Shown: positions 17,657 to 28,533 of the stretch, piece by piece
Numbering within the stretch: position 1 is the first letter of the stretch
Layout: each line of letters begins with the position of its first letter
Assembly (NCBI GenBank): GCA_964465765.1
Contig: CAYXLA010000002.1
Coordinates: 1 to 33,108, forward strand
Length of the DNA stretch: 33,108 bases
Direction of reading: 5' to 3'
From: an uncultured Bacteroidaceae bacterium
Lineage (GTDB): Bacteria > Bacteroidota > Bacteroidia > Bacteroidales > Bacteroidaceae
Notes under the pieces: model-generated
Database searches by the model: none
Told to the model about the DNA's origin: nothing
Seen by the model: only the letters and a program-made list of their open reading frames with translations
Position numbers and translations under genes: made by a program

Positions 17657-20002
17657 ATGAAGATATACGAATATCCCGAGAGGAACGAGTGGAGCGAGAT
17701 ACTGAAGCGTCCGCTGATGGACACGCGGCGGCTGTTTGGCGCGGTGCAGGACATTATCGACAGCGTGCGCAGTGGCGGTGACAAGGCTGTGCTGGAGCTT
17801 GAGAAGAAGTTCGACCACGTGGAGCTACAGGCACTCAGCGTCAGCCGTGAGGAGATGGATGCGGCAGAGCGTGCCGTGCCCGATGAGCTTAAGGATGCCA
17901 TCGTGTTGGCGAAGGAGAACATCGCACGCTTCCACAGTGCACAGCGTTTCAGTGGCATCGAGGTGGAGACACGCCCAGGCGTCCGCTGCTGTCAGCGCTC
18001 GGTGCCAATAGAGAGGGTGGGGCTCTATGTCCCCGGAGGTACGGCACCGCTGTTCAGCACGGTGCTGATGCTCGCCGTCCCCGCCCGGATTGCAGGCTGC
18101 CAGGAGATTGTGCTCTGCCCCCCGCCGGCTGCCGACGGCCATGTCAATCCCGCCGTGCTCTTTGCCGCTAAGACGGCAGGCGTCAGCAGAATATTCAAGA
18201 TTGGCGGCGTACAGGCCATTGCCTCCATGACCTACGGCACGGAGTCGGTGCCGCGCGTCGACAAGATCTTCGGTCCGGGCAATCAATATGTCATGGCTGC
18301 CAAGCAGCTTGTCAGCCTCAAGGACGTGGCGATAGACATGCCCGCAGGTCCGTCGGAAGTAGAGGTCATTGCCGACGAGACTGCCAATGCAACGTTCGTA
18401 GCTGCAGACCTCATCAGTCAGGCTGAGCACGGCATAGACTCGCAGGCAGTGCTCGTCACCACCTCGCAGCAGCTGTTGCACGAAGTAGAGAAGGAAGTCG
18501 AACGTCAGCTGGCAGTGCTGCCGAGACGTGACATCGCTGCACAGTCGCTGGCAAACAGCAAGCTCATCTTGACCGACAGCATGGACACGGCGATGGAGCT
18601 TACCAACGCCTACGCACCGGAGCACCTCATAATACAGACCAAGGACTACCGCCGTCTGGCTGACCGTGTGGTCAATGCCGGCTCGGTCTTCCTCGGAGCA
18701 TACGCCTGCGAGAGTGCCGGCGACTATGCCTCGGGCACCAACCATACGCTGCCGACCAATGGCTATGCCCGTGCCTACAACGGCGTGAACCTCGACAGCT
18801 TCTGTCGCAAGATAACATTCCAGGAACTGACGGCGCAGGGACTTCGTAACATTGGTCCCGCCATTGAGCTGATGGCGGCAGGAGAACACCTGCACGGACA
18901 CAAGAACGCCGTGACCGTTCGTCTCAACAGCATGGGCGCCGACGCAGGAGAGGAGAATGGAGGCTTCTGCCTCGACAACATCGTGCGACAGAACATCAGT
19001 CGCATGGCTCCGTACTCCAGCGCACGCAGCGAGTACAGCGGCAGAGAGGCAAGCGTGTTCCTCGATGCCAACGAGAACCCCTACAACAATCCGCTGAACC
19101 GCTATCCCGATCCGCTGCAGACAGAGCTGCGCAGGGAGATAAGCCGCATCAAGGGCGTGCCGGCAGCAAGCATCTTCTGTGGCAACGGCAGCGACGAAGC
19201 CATCGACCTTGCCTTCAGAATCTTCTGCGAGCCAGGGCGCGACAATGTCGTGGCGATGGACCCGACCTACGGCATGTATGGCGTGTGTGCAGAGATGAAC
19301 AATGTGGAATATCGCACGGTGCGGCTGGGTGCCGGCTTCTCGCTCGACGCAGGGCGCATGCTCGCCGCTGCCGACGGCAACACGCGGCTGATGTTCGTCT
19401 GCACGCCCAATAACCCAACGGGCAACGACTTGGACCATGCAGAGATAGAACGTCTGCTGAAGGAGTTCAGAGGTATGGTCGTGGTTGATGAGGCGTACGG
19501 CGACTTCTCCGACAGTCCGTCGTTCCTGCAGCTCCTCGGCAAATACCCTAACCTGATAGTGCTGCAGACGCTGTCGAAAGCATGGGGCTGTGCAGCCATA
19601 CGTCTGGGCATGGCGTTCGCCTCGCCCGAGGTGATTGCTCTGTACGATAAGGTGAAGTATCCCTACAACGTCAACCTGCTGACGCAGCAGAATGCGCTGG
19701 AGCAGCTTCGTAACGCCACACGCAAGGACGGATGGGTGGAGCAGCTGAAGGCAGAACGCCAGCGAGTGACCGACGTGTTCCGGCAACTGCCATGCGTGGA
19801 GACGGTCTATCCCACCGATGCCAACTTCTTCCTGGCGCGGGTGACAGATGCCGACGCGATATACGCATATCTTGTAGACAACGGAATAATTGTCAGGAAC
19901 CGCAACCGCGTGACCCTGTGCGGCAACTGCCTGCGCATAACCGTGGGCACGCCGCAGGAGAATGATGCCCTGACTGATGCACTGAAACGATGGAGGCAAT
20001 GA
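17657..20002 (+). CDS. hisDC: Fused histidinol dehydrogenase (HisD, about aa 1-425) and histidinol-phosphate aminotransferase (HisC, about aa 436-781)
   Basis: HisD motifs [30 protein letters not shown]; HisC motifs [33 protein letters not shown]. No stop codon between them. Confidence 0.93.
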   Translation: MKIYEYPERNEWSEILKRPLMDTRRLFGAVQDIIDSVRSGGDKAVLELEKKFDHVELQALSVSREEMDAAERAVPDELKDAIVLAKENIARFHSAQRFSGIEVETRPGVRCCQRSVPIERVGLYVPGGTAPLFSTVLMLAVPARIAGCQEIVLCPPPAADGHVNPAVLFAAKTAGVSRIFKIGGVQAIASMTYGTESVPRVDKIFGPGNQYVMAAKQLVSLKDVAIDMPAGPSEVEVIADETANATFVAADLISQAEHGIDSQAVLVTTSQQLLHEVEKEVERQLAVLPRRDIAAQSLANSKLILTDSMDTAMELTNAYAPEHLIIQTKDYRRLADRVVNAGSVFLGAYACESAGDYASGTNHTLPTNGYARAYNGVNLDSFCRKITFQELTAQGLRNIGPAIELMAAGEHLHGHKNAVTVRLNSMGADAGEENGGFCLDNIVRQNISRMAPYSSARSEYSGREASVFLDANENPYNNPLNRYPDPLQTELRREISRIKGVPAASIFCGNGSDEAIDLAFRIFCEPGRDNVVAMDPTYGMYGVCAEMNNVEYRTVRLGAGFSLDAGRMLAAADGNTRLMFVCTPNNPTGNDLDHAEIERLLKEFRGMVVVDEAYGDFSDSPSFLQLLGKYPNLIVLQTLSKAWGCAAIRLGMAFASPEVIALYDKVKYPYNVNLLTQQNALEQLRNATRKDGWVEQLKAERQRVTDVFRQLPCVETVYPTDANFFLARVTDADAIYAYLVDNGIIVRNRNRVTLCGNCLRITVGTPQENDALTDALKRWRQ

Positions 20003-21162
20003 TGGAACGCAACAAAGAGAGAATACTCTTCATAGACCGCGACGGGACAATAGTGGTGGAACCGCCCGTGACCTATCAGATAAACAGCTTCGACGAGCTG
20101 GAGTTCTGCCCGAAGGTGATACGCAACCTCAGTTTCCTCAGGCGCAAGACCGACTTCAAGTTCGTGATGGTGAGCAATCAGAACGGACTGGGCACACCGC
20201 AACATCCGGCGGAGGTGTTCTGGCCCATCCACAATCTGGTGATGCGGACGCTGGAAGGCGAGGGCGTGACCTTCGACGCCGTGCACATTGACCCCACGAT
20301 GCCCGAAGACAATGCACCGACGCGCAAGCCTGGCACCGCCATGCTGACTGACTATATCGACAATCCGGAATATGACTTGGCTGCGAGCTACGTCATCGGC
20401 GACCGTTACACCGACGTAGAGCTGGCGCGCAACCTTGGCTGCAAGGCCATACTGCTGCAGCCGGACAAGAGCTGTCTGCGCACGGTGGCAGAAGGCGGCG
20501 AGACGCAGGTCGACGGTTTGGCAGACTATTGTGCCTTGGCGACGACAGACTGGGACAAGGTGGCTGAATTCCTGTTTGCCGGCGAGCGCAAGGCGTCGGT
20601 CCACAGGGTGACGAAGGAGACCGACGTGCTGGTGGAGCTGGACATCGATGGCAACGGGACGTGTTGCATCGACACCGGACTGGGCTTCTTCGACCACATG
20701 CTCGAGCAGATTGGCAGGCATGGAGGCATGGACCTGACGGTCCGCGTCAAGGGCGACCTGTATGTCGACGAGCACCACACCATAGAGGATACGGCACTTG
20801 CCCTCGGCGAATGTCTGCGGCGTGCTCTCGGCGACAAGCGTGGCGTGGAGCGCTACGGCTACTCTCTGCCCATGGACGACTGCCTGTGTCAGGTGTGCCT
20901 CGACTTCGGAGGCAGACCATGGTTGGTCTGGGATGCCGAGTTCCACCGCGAGAAGATTGGCGAGATGCCCACGGAGATGTTCTTCCACTTCTTCAAGTCG
21001 CTTAGCGATGCTGCACTGATGAATCTGAACATCAAGGCCAGCGGGCAGAACGAGCACCACAAAATAGAAGCCATCTTCAAGGCACTGGCTCGTGCGCTGA
21101 AGATGGCTGTAAGACGCGACATCTATCACTACGACCTTCCGTCGTCGAAGGGCGTGCTTTAG
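19999..21162 (+). CDS. hisB: Bifunctional histidinol-phosphatase / imidazoleglycerol-phosphate dehydratase
   Basis: FIDRDGT HAD motif, [33 protein letters not shown] overlap with the upstream stop. Confidence 0.97.
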   Translation: MMERNKERILFIDRDGTIVVEPPVTYQINSFDELEFCPKVIRNLSFLRRKTDFKFVMVSNQNGLGTPQHPAEVFWPIHNLVMRTLEGEGVTFDAVHIDPTMPEDNAPTRKPGTAMLTDYIDNPEYDLAASYVIGDRYTDVELARNLGCKAILLQPDKSCLRTVAEGGETQVDGLADYCALATTDWDKVAEFLFAGERKASVHRVTKETDVLVELDIDGNGTCCIDTGLGFFDHMLEQIGRHGGMDLTVRVKGDLYVDEHHTIEDTALALGECLRRALGDKRGVERYGYSLPMDDCLCQVCLDFGGRPWLVWDAEFHREKIGEMPTEMFFHFFKSLSDAALMNLNIKASGQNEHHKIEAIFKALARALKMAVRRDIYHYDLPSSKGVL

Positions 21163-22403
21163 ATGTTGTCGCCGAAGTCCTTGTTGTCGTTGTCGACCTC
21201 GTAGCTCTTGGCAAGTCCGCCCTCGCTCGTCTCCTTGTAGAGCGACGGCAGGTCGTGGCCCGTGGTATTCATGACGTTGACCACACGGTCGAACGACACG
21301 CGGTGCAGGCCGTCGGTGAACGAAGCATAGAGATTGGCGTCGAGGGCACGTGCCGCAGCATAGGCATTGCGCTCGATGCAGGGAATCTGCACAAGTCCGC
21401 ACACGGGGTCGCACGTCATGCCCAGGTGATGCTCCAGTCCCATCTCGGCAGCATACTCAATCTGCGACGGACTGCCGGCAAACAGCTGGCAGGCTGCAGC
21501 CGATGCCATGGCACAAGCCACGCCGACTTCGCCCTGACAGCCCACGTCGGCACCCGATATGGAGGCGTTCTCCTTCACGATGTTCCCGATGAGTCCTGCT
21601 GTTGCCAGTGCCTTCAGTATGCGCTGTTCGCTGAACTCGTGCGTCTGGTGCAGTGAGTAGAGCACCGACGGCAGCACGCCGCAGCTGCCGCATGTCGGAG
21701 CTGTGACAATCTTGCCGCCTGCAGCATTCTCCTCACTGACGGCAAGCGCGTAGGCAAACACCATGCCGCGCGAGCGCAGCGAGCCCTGATAGCCCTTGGC
21801 ACGTATGTAGTAGTTTATCGCCTTGCGACGCAGTCCCAGCGGACCGGGGAGAACGCCCTCAGCCTCGAGGCCTCGGTGTATAGAGTCCTGCATGACCTTC
21901 CACACTTCACCCAGATAGTCCCAGATGTCGGCGTCCTCGTAGCTGGCGACATACTCCCAGTAGCTGCGTCCCGTGCGGTCGCACCACTCCTTGATGTCGG
22001 TCATCATGGTCATCGGGTAAATGTTGTCGCTGCCGCTGGTGCCAATGGGACCATCCTCGGTGGCGAGTGCTCCACCGCCGACGCTGTAGACCGTCCATGC
22101 GTCCGTGACCTTCTCGTCGCGGTCGATGGCTTGGAACATCATGCCGTTGGGATGGAACGGCAGGAATATCTTCGGTTCCCACACAATCTGTACGGGAGCA
22201 ACAGACTCCAGCTCACTGCGTATGGCTGTGTCGGTCATGTGGCCACGGCCCGTGGCTGCAAGGCTGCCGTAGAGCGTCACCTTGAAGCGGAACACGTCTT
22301 TGCCCACACGCTCGCGGAACATCTCCGACGCACGCTTCGGTCCCATCGTGTGACTGCTCGACGGTCCCACGCCAATGCGGTAAATCTCTTTTATGCTGTT
22401 CAT
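21159..22403 (-). CDS. sdaA: L-serine ammonia-lyase (Fe-S, single chain)
   Basis: [53 protein letters not shown]; start at MNSIKE (22403). Confidence 0.96.
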   Translation of the reverse strand: MNSIKEIYRIGVGPSSSHTMGPKRASEMFRERVGKDVFRFKVTLYGSLAATGRGHMTDTAIRSELESVAPVQIVWEPKIFLPFHPNGMMFQAIDRDEKVTDAWTVYSVGGGALATEDGPIGTSGSDNIYPMTMMTDIKEWCDRTGRSYWEYVASYEDADIWDYLGEVWKVMQDSIHRGLEAEGVLPGPLGLRRKAINYYIRAKGYQGSLRSRGMVFAYALAVSEENAAGGKIVTAPTCGSCGVLPSVLYSLHQTHEFSEQRILKALATAGLIGNIVKENASISGADVGCQGEVGVACAMASAAACQLFAGSPSQIEYAAEMGLEHHLGMTCDPVCGLVQIPCIERNAYAAARALDANLYASFTDGLHRVSFDRVVNVMNTTGHDLPSLYKETSEGGLAKSYEVDNDNKDFGDNI

Positions 22404-22423
22404 TGTTTGTCGTTTACGGTTTT

Positions 22424-24589
22424 TTACTTCTCCACGATTTTCATCTCGTCGAGCAGGCGCTGGCAGTTGCCAAGTTTGTCGATGACGAAGAGCACATAGC
22501 GTATGTCCACAGCGATGCAACGCTGCAGCTTGTCGTCGAAGTTGATGTCGCCGCTCAGCGACTCCCAGTTGCCGTCGAAGGCAATGCCGATGAGCTGTCC
22601 GTCGGCGTTCATCACCGGACTGCCCGAGTTGCCGCCGGTGATGTCGTTGGTCGTGAGGAAGCATGCCGGCAGTGAACCGTCGGCAGTGGCGTAGCGTCCG
22701 AAGTCGCGCTTCAGCAGCAGCTCCTTCAGCTTGGCGGGAACGACGAACTCAGGATTCGTGGGGTCTTCCTTCTCGAGCACACCGTCGGATGTGGTGTAGT
22801 ACTTATAGTGCACGCCGTCCTTCGGGTCGTACGACTTCACGTTGCCGTAGGTCAGGCGGATGGTGAAGTTGGCATCGGGATAGGATGGTGAGGGGAGCTT
22901 CATCTCCTCCAGTCCGCGGATATACTTCTTGTGGAGCAGGTCCAGGCCCTTGCTGTTCTCGGAGTACAACATTGCCACGTCTTCCAACTTAGCCTCGACA
23001 GCTTTGGTTCCTATGTATGCAGGGTCGGCATCGATGGCTTCTGCCGTTGGATTGCTGAGGAACTTCTCGAGGTTGTCCTTGTTGGCGAAGATGGAGTTGT
23101 CGTACAGATTGTCGACATAGGCATCGATGTTGCCATTGAAGTCGCTATTGATGCTGTTGTAGAACGGCGGCAGCTCGTTTGCCGAGAGATGCTTCGCAAG
23201 TTCGGGCAATACGGCTTTGGCCACACGGCGGTCCACCTCGTGGTCGTAGTCCTTGTTGTGAATCTGGTCGTATGCCTGACGTGCCTGGCTCTTCAGGTCC
23301 TCCATCCTGTCATTGTCCTTCTTGGCAATGGCGGCCTTAATCTGGTCGAGCAGCTGCGTGGGTGCGCCGAACTCAATGGCGGAGAATGCCTCGTCGATGT
23401 AGTACAGCTGGCGGTAGTAGGGCATGCGCTTGCCGATTATTTCGTTTATACCCTCAACGACGCCCTGATACTCGGATTTGCCTGCTGCGAAAGCCTTGAA
23501 CTTGCTTTCTTGTTCTGCCTTCGACTCAAGCACCTTGTTGTCCACGATGGCTTTGTTCATGCCAATGGAGTTCTTCCAGTAGTTGCTGCTGCCTGCATAT
23601 TTGTTGGCATACTGGATGCGTATCTTGTCGCTCGACGCCATTACTTCGCGCAGGACGTTGAGGCGTACGGTGCGAATGTCGATGCGTGCCTGATTGGTTG
23701 CCTGCATGCGCTCTTCCACTTCCGACTGCGTGAGGTAGCGGCTCGTGCTGCCAGGGAAGCCCAGAATCATGGCGTAGTCGTTTTCCTCCAGTCCTTTAAT
23801 GGAAATAGGCAGATATTTCGGCGTCTTTAGCGGCACGTTCTTGTCGGAATACGCTGCCGGATTGCCGTCTTTGTCGGCATAGATGCGGAACACCGAGAAG
23901 TCGCACGTGTGGCGCGGCCACATCCAGTTGTCGGTCTCGCCGCCGAACTTGCCAATCGACTGCGGCGGTGCTGCCACCATGCGCACGTCGCTGTACACCT
24001 TATAATATATAAGGTAGAACTTGTTGCCGGCATAGTAGGGCAGGGCTTGTGCCACGATGCCGGGCTTGCCTGCCAGGTCGCTCTTCGCGAGCTCGGCATC
24101 GGCAACGGTCTGCAGGTAACGGCGCGTCAATGACTCTGTCTCGCTGACTTCGCCGGACTTCACTTTGCTGTTGATGAGGTCGGTGATGTCGACGATGCGG
24201 TCGACGAAACGGAACGACAGACGCTCGTTGGGCAGCTCCTCGCTGAGGCTGTTTGCCCAGAAGCCGTCGGTCAAGTAATCGTGCTCCACGGAGCTGTGGC
24301 TCTGAATGGCGGAATAGCCGCAGTGATGGTTGGTCAGTACAAGACCGTTGGGCGAGATGATTTCGCCGGTGCATCCGCCACCGAAGATGCCGACAGCATC
24401 CTTTATCGACACGCCATTAGGATTGTAGATGTCTTTGGCGTTCAGCTTCAGTCCCTGCTTCTTCATCATGTCAATGGCATGCTGTCGTTGCATGAGCTGC
24501 AGCAGCCACATTCCCTCGTCGGCTCTTGCTGTCGGGACGAGCATCAGCGTTGCCAACAACAGTAGTAGTGTTCTTGCTTTCATATTCAT
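22424..24589 (-). CDS. dpp7: S46 family dipeptidyl peptidase, DPP7-type
   Basis: Signal peptide then [33 protein letters not shown] has Gly at the S1-determining position as in DPP7 (Arg/Ser in DPP11). Confidence 0.9.
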   Translation of the reverse strand: MNMKARTLLLLLATLMLVPTARADEGMWLLQLMQRQHAIDMMKKQGLKLNAKDIYNPNGVSIKDAVGIFGGGCTGEIISPNGLVLTNHHCGYSAIQSHSSVEHDYLTDGFWANSLSEELPNERLSFRFVDRIVDITDLINSKVKSGEVSETESLTRRYLQTVADAELAKSDLAGKPGIVAQALPYYAGNKFYLIYYKVYSDVRMVAAPPQSIGKFGGETDNWMWPRHTCDFSVFRIYADKDGNPAAYSDKNVPLKTPKYLPISIKGLEENDYAMILGFPGSTSRYLTQSEVEERMQATNQARIDIRTVRLNVLREVMASSDKIRIQYANKYAGSSNYWKNSIGMNKAIVDNKVLESKAEQESKFKAFAAGKSEYQGVVEGINEIIGKRMPYYRQLYYIDEAFSAIEFGAPTQLLDQIKAAIAKKDNDRMEDLKSQARQAYDQIHNKDYDHEVDRRVAKAVLPELAKHLSANELPPFYNSINSDFNGNIDAYVDNLYDNSIFANKDNLEKFLSNPTAEAIDADPAYIGTKAVEAKLEDVAMLYSENSKGLDLLHKKYIRGLEEMKLPSPSYPDANFTIRLTYGNVKSYDPKDGVHYKYYTTSDGVLEKEDPTNPEFVVPAKLKELLLKRDFGRYATADGSLPACFLTTNDITGGNSGSPVMNADGQLIGIAFDGNWESLSGDINFDDKLQRCIAVDIRYVLFVIDKLGNCQRLLDEMKIVEK

Positions 24590-24742
24590 TGTCTGGATTA
24601 ATGTAAACGTAGAGTCAAGTCAGTGCTTGCCTCATATTTTGTGCAAAAATAGTAAAAGCTTTCAAAAATACATTTCACGCCCTGACCGGTGAATGACAAT
24701 CTTAATATCTTTGCTCGCTGGTGATTTTGGGAAAATAGACAA

Positions 24743-25507
24743 ATGCTGAAAAGGTTTTGTGAAATATTATCCATGACGCTTGTTGCGGCGATGTGTGTGG
24801 CATGCAGCAGCACATATCAGATAGCGGGCAAGACTGAAGTCAACAGTCTTGACGGGCGGATGCTGTACTTGAAGTCGCTGTGTGGCGACAACTGGATGCC
24901 GATAGACTCCACGTGGGTGGAGCACGGCTTCTTCACGCTCGACGGCAACGTAGACACCGTCGTCGTGGTGACGCTGAACATGGGCGACGAGAACATCATG
25001 CCCATAGTCCTCGAGAATGGCAAAATCAATGTCTCGATAACCAACTCCGACCTGCAGGCTTCGGGCACGCCGCTCAACAACGAGCTCTACAAGTTCATCA
25101 GCAAGCGCAACGACATTGCCCGCCAGCTGAACAGCCTTGATCGTCGCGAGGCGCAGATGGTGCTCGACGGTGAGAACATCGACGTCGTGCGTAGCAAGCT
25201 CGCCAAGGAGAGCCAGACGCTGCAGGATGAGTTGAACACCTATGCCGAGACCTTCATAAAAGACAACTACCGCAACGTGCTCGGTCCCAGCGTATTCCTC
25301 ATGCTGTGTTCGTCGATGCCTTATCCAATGATGACCGATCAGGTGGAGGACATCATGCGTTCGGCTCCCGTGGAGTTCACAGAGAATCCGCTCATCAAGG
25401 AGTTCCTTGACAAGGCGAAAGAGAACATGCGCCTGCTCGAAGAGCATCAGCGCCTGCAGCAGAACATGGTGGAGAAGCAGCGTGCCGCCATGAGCGTAGC
25501 ACCTTGA
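24743..25507 (+). CDS. DUF4369-like lipoprotein
   Basis: Lipobox CVAC; G.MLYLK..IDS..V..G.F, IVLENGKI and SGTPLNNEL pattern. Start may be ATG 24773. Confidence 0.75.
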   Translation: MLKRFCEILSMTLVAAMCVACSSTYQIAGKTEVNSLDGRMLYLKSLCGDNWMPIDSTWVEHGFFTLDGNVDTVVVVTLNMGDENIMPIVLENGKINVSITNSDLQASGTPLNNELYKFISKRNDIARQLNSLDRREAQMVLDGENIDVVRSKLAKESQTLQDELNTYAETFIKDNYRNVLGPSVFLMLCSSMPYPMMTDQVEDIMRSAPVEFTENPLIKEFLDKAKENMRLLEEHQRLQQNMVEKQRAAMSVAP

Positions 25508-25631
25508 GCGTGTGGCGTGAAGCGTGCTGCGTGAAGCGTGATTTAAGTTGAAGGGACATTGTCACCCAACACTCAACACCCAACACCCAACACCCAACAC
25601 CGGCACCATAGGTGCCTATCACCCAACACCG
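25508..25631. repeat. Heptamer arrays GCGTGAA x5 (25508-25542) and CACCCAA x5+ (25563-25601) with a short hairpin, between convergent genes
   Basis: Units read directly; hairpin GGCACC-ATA-GGTGCC at 25602-25616. Confidence 0.85.
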
Positions 25632-25650
25632 TAGAGCCGCTTTCGCGTCT

Positions 25651-26133
25651 CTACTTCATGCTTTCTGCCGTGAACGTCAGTGGCAGCAGATGGTCGATGT
25701 TGTCGATGCAGTAGGTGCCATCGGTGCCGTAGAGCAGTACGCGCAGAGGCTGTCCGCTGCGCTTCTGCACCTCCGCCATCACCTGTCGGCATGCGCCGCA
25801 TGGGGAGACGGGACACGCCGTGAACTGTCCGTCGGCATTGCGTGCAGCGATGGCAAGCGTCAGCACCGCCGTGTCGGAATATTGCGAATTGGCATAGAAC
25901 AGTGCCGTGCGTTCGGCACACAAGCCCGAGGGGAAGGCAGCATTCTCCTGATTGGAGCCCGTGACCACGATGCCGCCCTCGAGCAGTGCGGCTGCGCCGA
26001 CAGCGAAGTGCGAGAACGGAGCATAGCTGTGGCGCGTCATCTCCTTCGCACGGTCCACCAACATTCTATCCTGCTCGCTGAGCTCGTCGTAGCTGTAGAC
26101 CTTGACCGGAATCTCTATCGATAGTGTTCTCAT
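25651..26133 (-). CDS. cdd: Cytidine deaminase (homotetrameric type)
   Basis: SYAPFSHFAVGAA, NQENAA, CAER and PCGACRQ motifs. Confidence 0.96.
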   Translation of the reverse strand: MRTLSIEIPVKVYSYDELSEQDRMLVDRAKEMTRHSYAPFSHFAVGAAALLEGGIVVTGSNQENAAFPSGLCAERTALFYANSQYSDTAVLTLAIAARNADGQFTACPVSPCGACRQVMAEVQKRSGQPLRVLLYGTDGTYCIDNIDHLLPLTFTAESMK

Positions 26134-26231
26134 GGTGCTTTCCTCCTCTTCGTCTGCACAAATTTAGGCAATAATATTGTGCTTCTCGTTTCTTTTGCCC
26201 ACTTTTGTCAGCTGTAATTGTGCACAAAGGC

Positions 26232-27164
26232 ATGAAAGCTACACGTCACGACCACATACTGTTACTCGCCCTGCTGCTGGCTTTTGCCGCAGCACCGGTT
26301 GTTCATGCCCAGCGGCGCCTGCAGAGCTATAACGACTACATCAAGACCTACTCCGAGATGGCGGTCGAGCAGATGCGTCGTTACCACATCCCCGCCAGCA
26401 TCACACTGGCACAAGGACTCCTCGAGAGCGGAGCTGGCTCGGGCACGTTGGCACGCCGCAGCAACAACCACTTCGGCATCAAGTGTGGCAACCGATGGCA
26501 CGGACGCACAGTGCGTCACAACGACGATGCCCCCAACGAATGCTTCCGCGTCTACGACAGCGTCGAAGACTCCTACGAGGACCACTCGCGCTTTCTGACC
26601 GACAACCAGCGCTACTCCAACCTCTTCAAGCTCAAGTCGACCGACTACAAAGGCTGGGCGGTCGGACTGAAGCGTGCCGGTTATGCCACCGACCCGTCTT
26701 ACGCCAACAAGCTCATCTCCATCATCGAGGTCTACGAGCTCTATAAATATGATAATGCCGGCGGCGCTGCCGTCAGTGCCAAGAAGTGGGCAAAGATGCT
26801 ACGCAAGAAGCCGTGGCTCGCCAATCCGCACCAGGTTTATGTGGCAAACGGAATTGCCTACGTCGTGGCACGCGACGGCGACACATTCCGACTGCTGGCA
26901 GGAGAGTTTGACATCAAGTGGAAGAAGCTGGTGAAGTATAACGACCTGACGCGCGACTATACACTCGAGGCTGGCGACATCATCTATCTGAACAAGAAAA
27001 ACCGCAAGACCGTCGCCGACGACATCTACTACACCGTACGCGAAGGCGACTCCATGCACTCCATCTCGCAGAAGTACGGCATAGAGCTCAAGCGACTCTA
27101 TAAGCTCAACCGCATGGCAGAAGACCACATCCCCGAAGTCGGCGAACGCGTGTGGCTGAAGTGA
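26232..27164 (+). CDS. GH73 glucosaminidase with C-terminal LysM domains
   Basis: Signal peptide, IPASITLAQGLLESG, NNHFGIKC, GYATDP and two LysM-like repeats. Confidence 0.93.
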   Translation: MKATRHDHILLLALLLAFAAAPVVHAQRRLQSYNDYIKTYSEMAVEQMRRYHIPASITLAQGLLESGAGSGTLARRSNNHFGIKCGNRWHGRTVRHNDDAPNECFRVYDSVEDSYEDHSRFLTDNQRYSNLFKLKSTDYKGWAVGLKRAGYATDPSYANKLISIIEVYELYKYDNAGGAAVSAKKWAKMLRKKPWLANPHQVYVANGIAYVVARDGDTFRLLAGEFDIKWKKLVKYNDLTRDYTLEAGDIIYLNKKNRKTVADDIYYTVREGDSMHSISQKYGIELKRLYKLNRMAEDHIPEVGERVWLK

Positions 27165-27300
27165 TTGTGCCCGCGCGTGTTCAATTAAGAACGATCATTT
27201 GTCTTTCGTTTCAGATAAATATGAGTACTTTTGTGGACGAGTACCCTTTTTCGGCGTCAACTCATTTATTTAGGACAGAAAATACACACACAACAACAAT

Positions 27301-28506
27301 ATGCCGAACATATCTACACGTGGAGTCGAAATGCCTGCATCGCCAATCCGCAAATTGGCTCCGCTGGCTTTTGCAGCCAAGCAACGAGGAGTAAAGGTCT
27401 ATCATCTCAACATCGGACAGCCCGACCTGCCTACACCGCAGTGCGGACTCGACGCGCTGAAGAACATCGACCGCAAGGTGCTGGAGTACAGTCCCAGTCA
27501 GGGCTTCCTGAGCCTCAGACAGAAGCTCGTCGGCTACTACGCCAAGTTCAATATCAACCTTTCTGCCGACGACATCATCGTCACCGCTGGCGGCTCCGAG
27601 GCAGTGCTCTTCGCCTTCCTCTCCTGCCTGAACCCAGGCGACGAAATCATTGTCCCCGAACCAGCCTACGCCAACTACATGGCGTTCGCCATCTCGGCAG
27701 GAGCCAAGATTCGCACCATCGCCACAACTATCGAGGAAGGCTTCTCGCTGCCCAAGGTGGAGAAGTTCGAGGAGCTCATCAACGAGCACACACGCGCCAT
27801 CCTGATCTGCAACCCCAACAACCCGACAGGCTATCTATACTCGCGCCGCGAGATGAATCAGATTCGCGACCTCGTGAAGAAGTACGACCTCTTCCTCTTC
27901 TCCGACGAGGTCTACCGCGAGTTCATCTACACCGGCTCGCCCTACATCTCCGCCTGCCATCTTGAGGGCGTGGAGCAGAACGTCGTATTGATAGACTCCG
28001 TGTCGAAGCGCTACTCCGAGTGCGGCATCCGCATCGGCGCTCTGTGCACCAAGAATGCCGACGTGCGTGCTGCCGTCATGAAGTTCTGTCAGGCACGCCT
28101 CAGCCCGCCACTCATCGGACAGATTGTTGCCGAGGCTTCGCTCGATGCGCCCGACGACTACATGCGCGATGTCTACGACGAATACGTCGAGCGCCGCAAG
28201 TGCCTCATCGACGGACTCAACCGCATTCCTGGCGTCTATTCGCCCATCCCTATGGGAGCGTTCTACACCGTTGCCAAACTGCCTGTCGATGACAGCGAGA
28301 AGTTTTGCGCATGGTGCCTCACCGACTTCCAGTACGAGGGACAGACCGTCATGATGGCTCCCGCCACAGGCTTCTACACCACTCCTGGTGGCGGACGCGA
28401 CGAAGTGCGCATCGCCTACATCCTCAAGAAGGAAGACCTGACGAAAGCCCTCGTCGTGCTCAAGAAAGCCCTCGAAGCCTATCCCGGAAGGACCACGACG
28501 GAATAA
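27301..28506 (+). CDS. PLP-dependent class I/II aminotransferase (aspartate aminotransferase-like)
   Basis: LNIGQPD, CNPNNPTG, SDEVY and SVSKRYS..G.RIG motifs. Confidence 0.93.
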   Translation: MPNISTRGVEMPASPIRKLAPLAFAAKQRGVKVYHLNIGQPDLPTPQCGLDALKNIDRKVLEYSPSQGFLSLRQKLVGYYAKFNINLSADDIIVTAGGSEAVLFAFLSCLNPGDEIIVPEPAYANYMAFAISAGAKIRTIATTIEEGFSLPKVEKFEELINEHTRAILICNPNNPTGYLYSRREMNQIRDLVKKYDLFLFSDEVYREFIYTGSPYISACHLEGVEQNVVLIDSVSKRYSECGIRIGALCTKNADVRAAVMKFCQARLSPPLIGQIVAEASLDAPDDYMRDVYDEYVERRKCLIDGLNRIPGVYSPIPMGAFYTVAKLPVDDSEKFCAWCLTDFQYEGQTVMMAPATGFYTTPGGGRDEVRIAYILKKEDLTKALVVLKKALEAYPGRTTTE

Positions 28507-28533
28507 GAGCGAGAGTAGAGAAAGAGAATACGC

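Noticed and set aside
17825..19999. Long antisense ORFs (724 aa here; also 30509-32482, 19807-21414, 8495-9595 and others)
   Set aside because: Shadows of GC3-biased real genes on the opposite strand, with no recognisable motifs.
16778..21162. his operon lacking hisH, hisA, hisF and hisIE
   Set aside because: A split hisGDCB versus hisHAF(IE) arrangement is common in Bacteroidales, so this is not evidence of pathway loss.
22404..22664. N-terminal extensions in the ORF track (sdaA; likewise carA, carB, esterase 1, Crp, PiT, GH73)
   Set aside because: They overlap neighbouring genes or promoters; family-typical N-termini begin at downstream ATGs.
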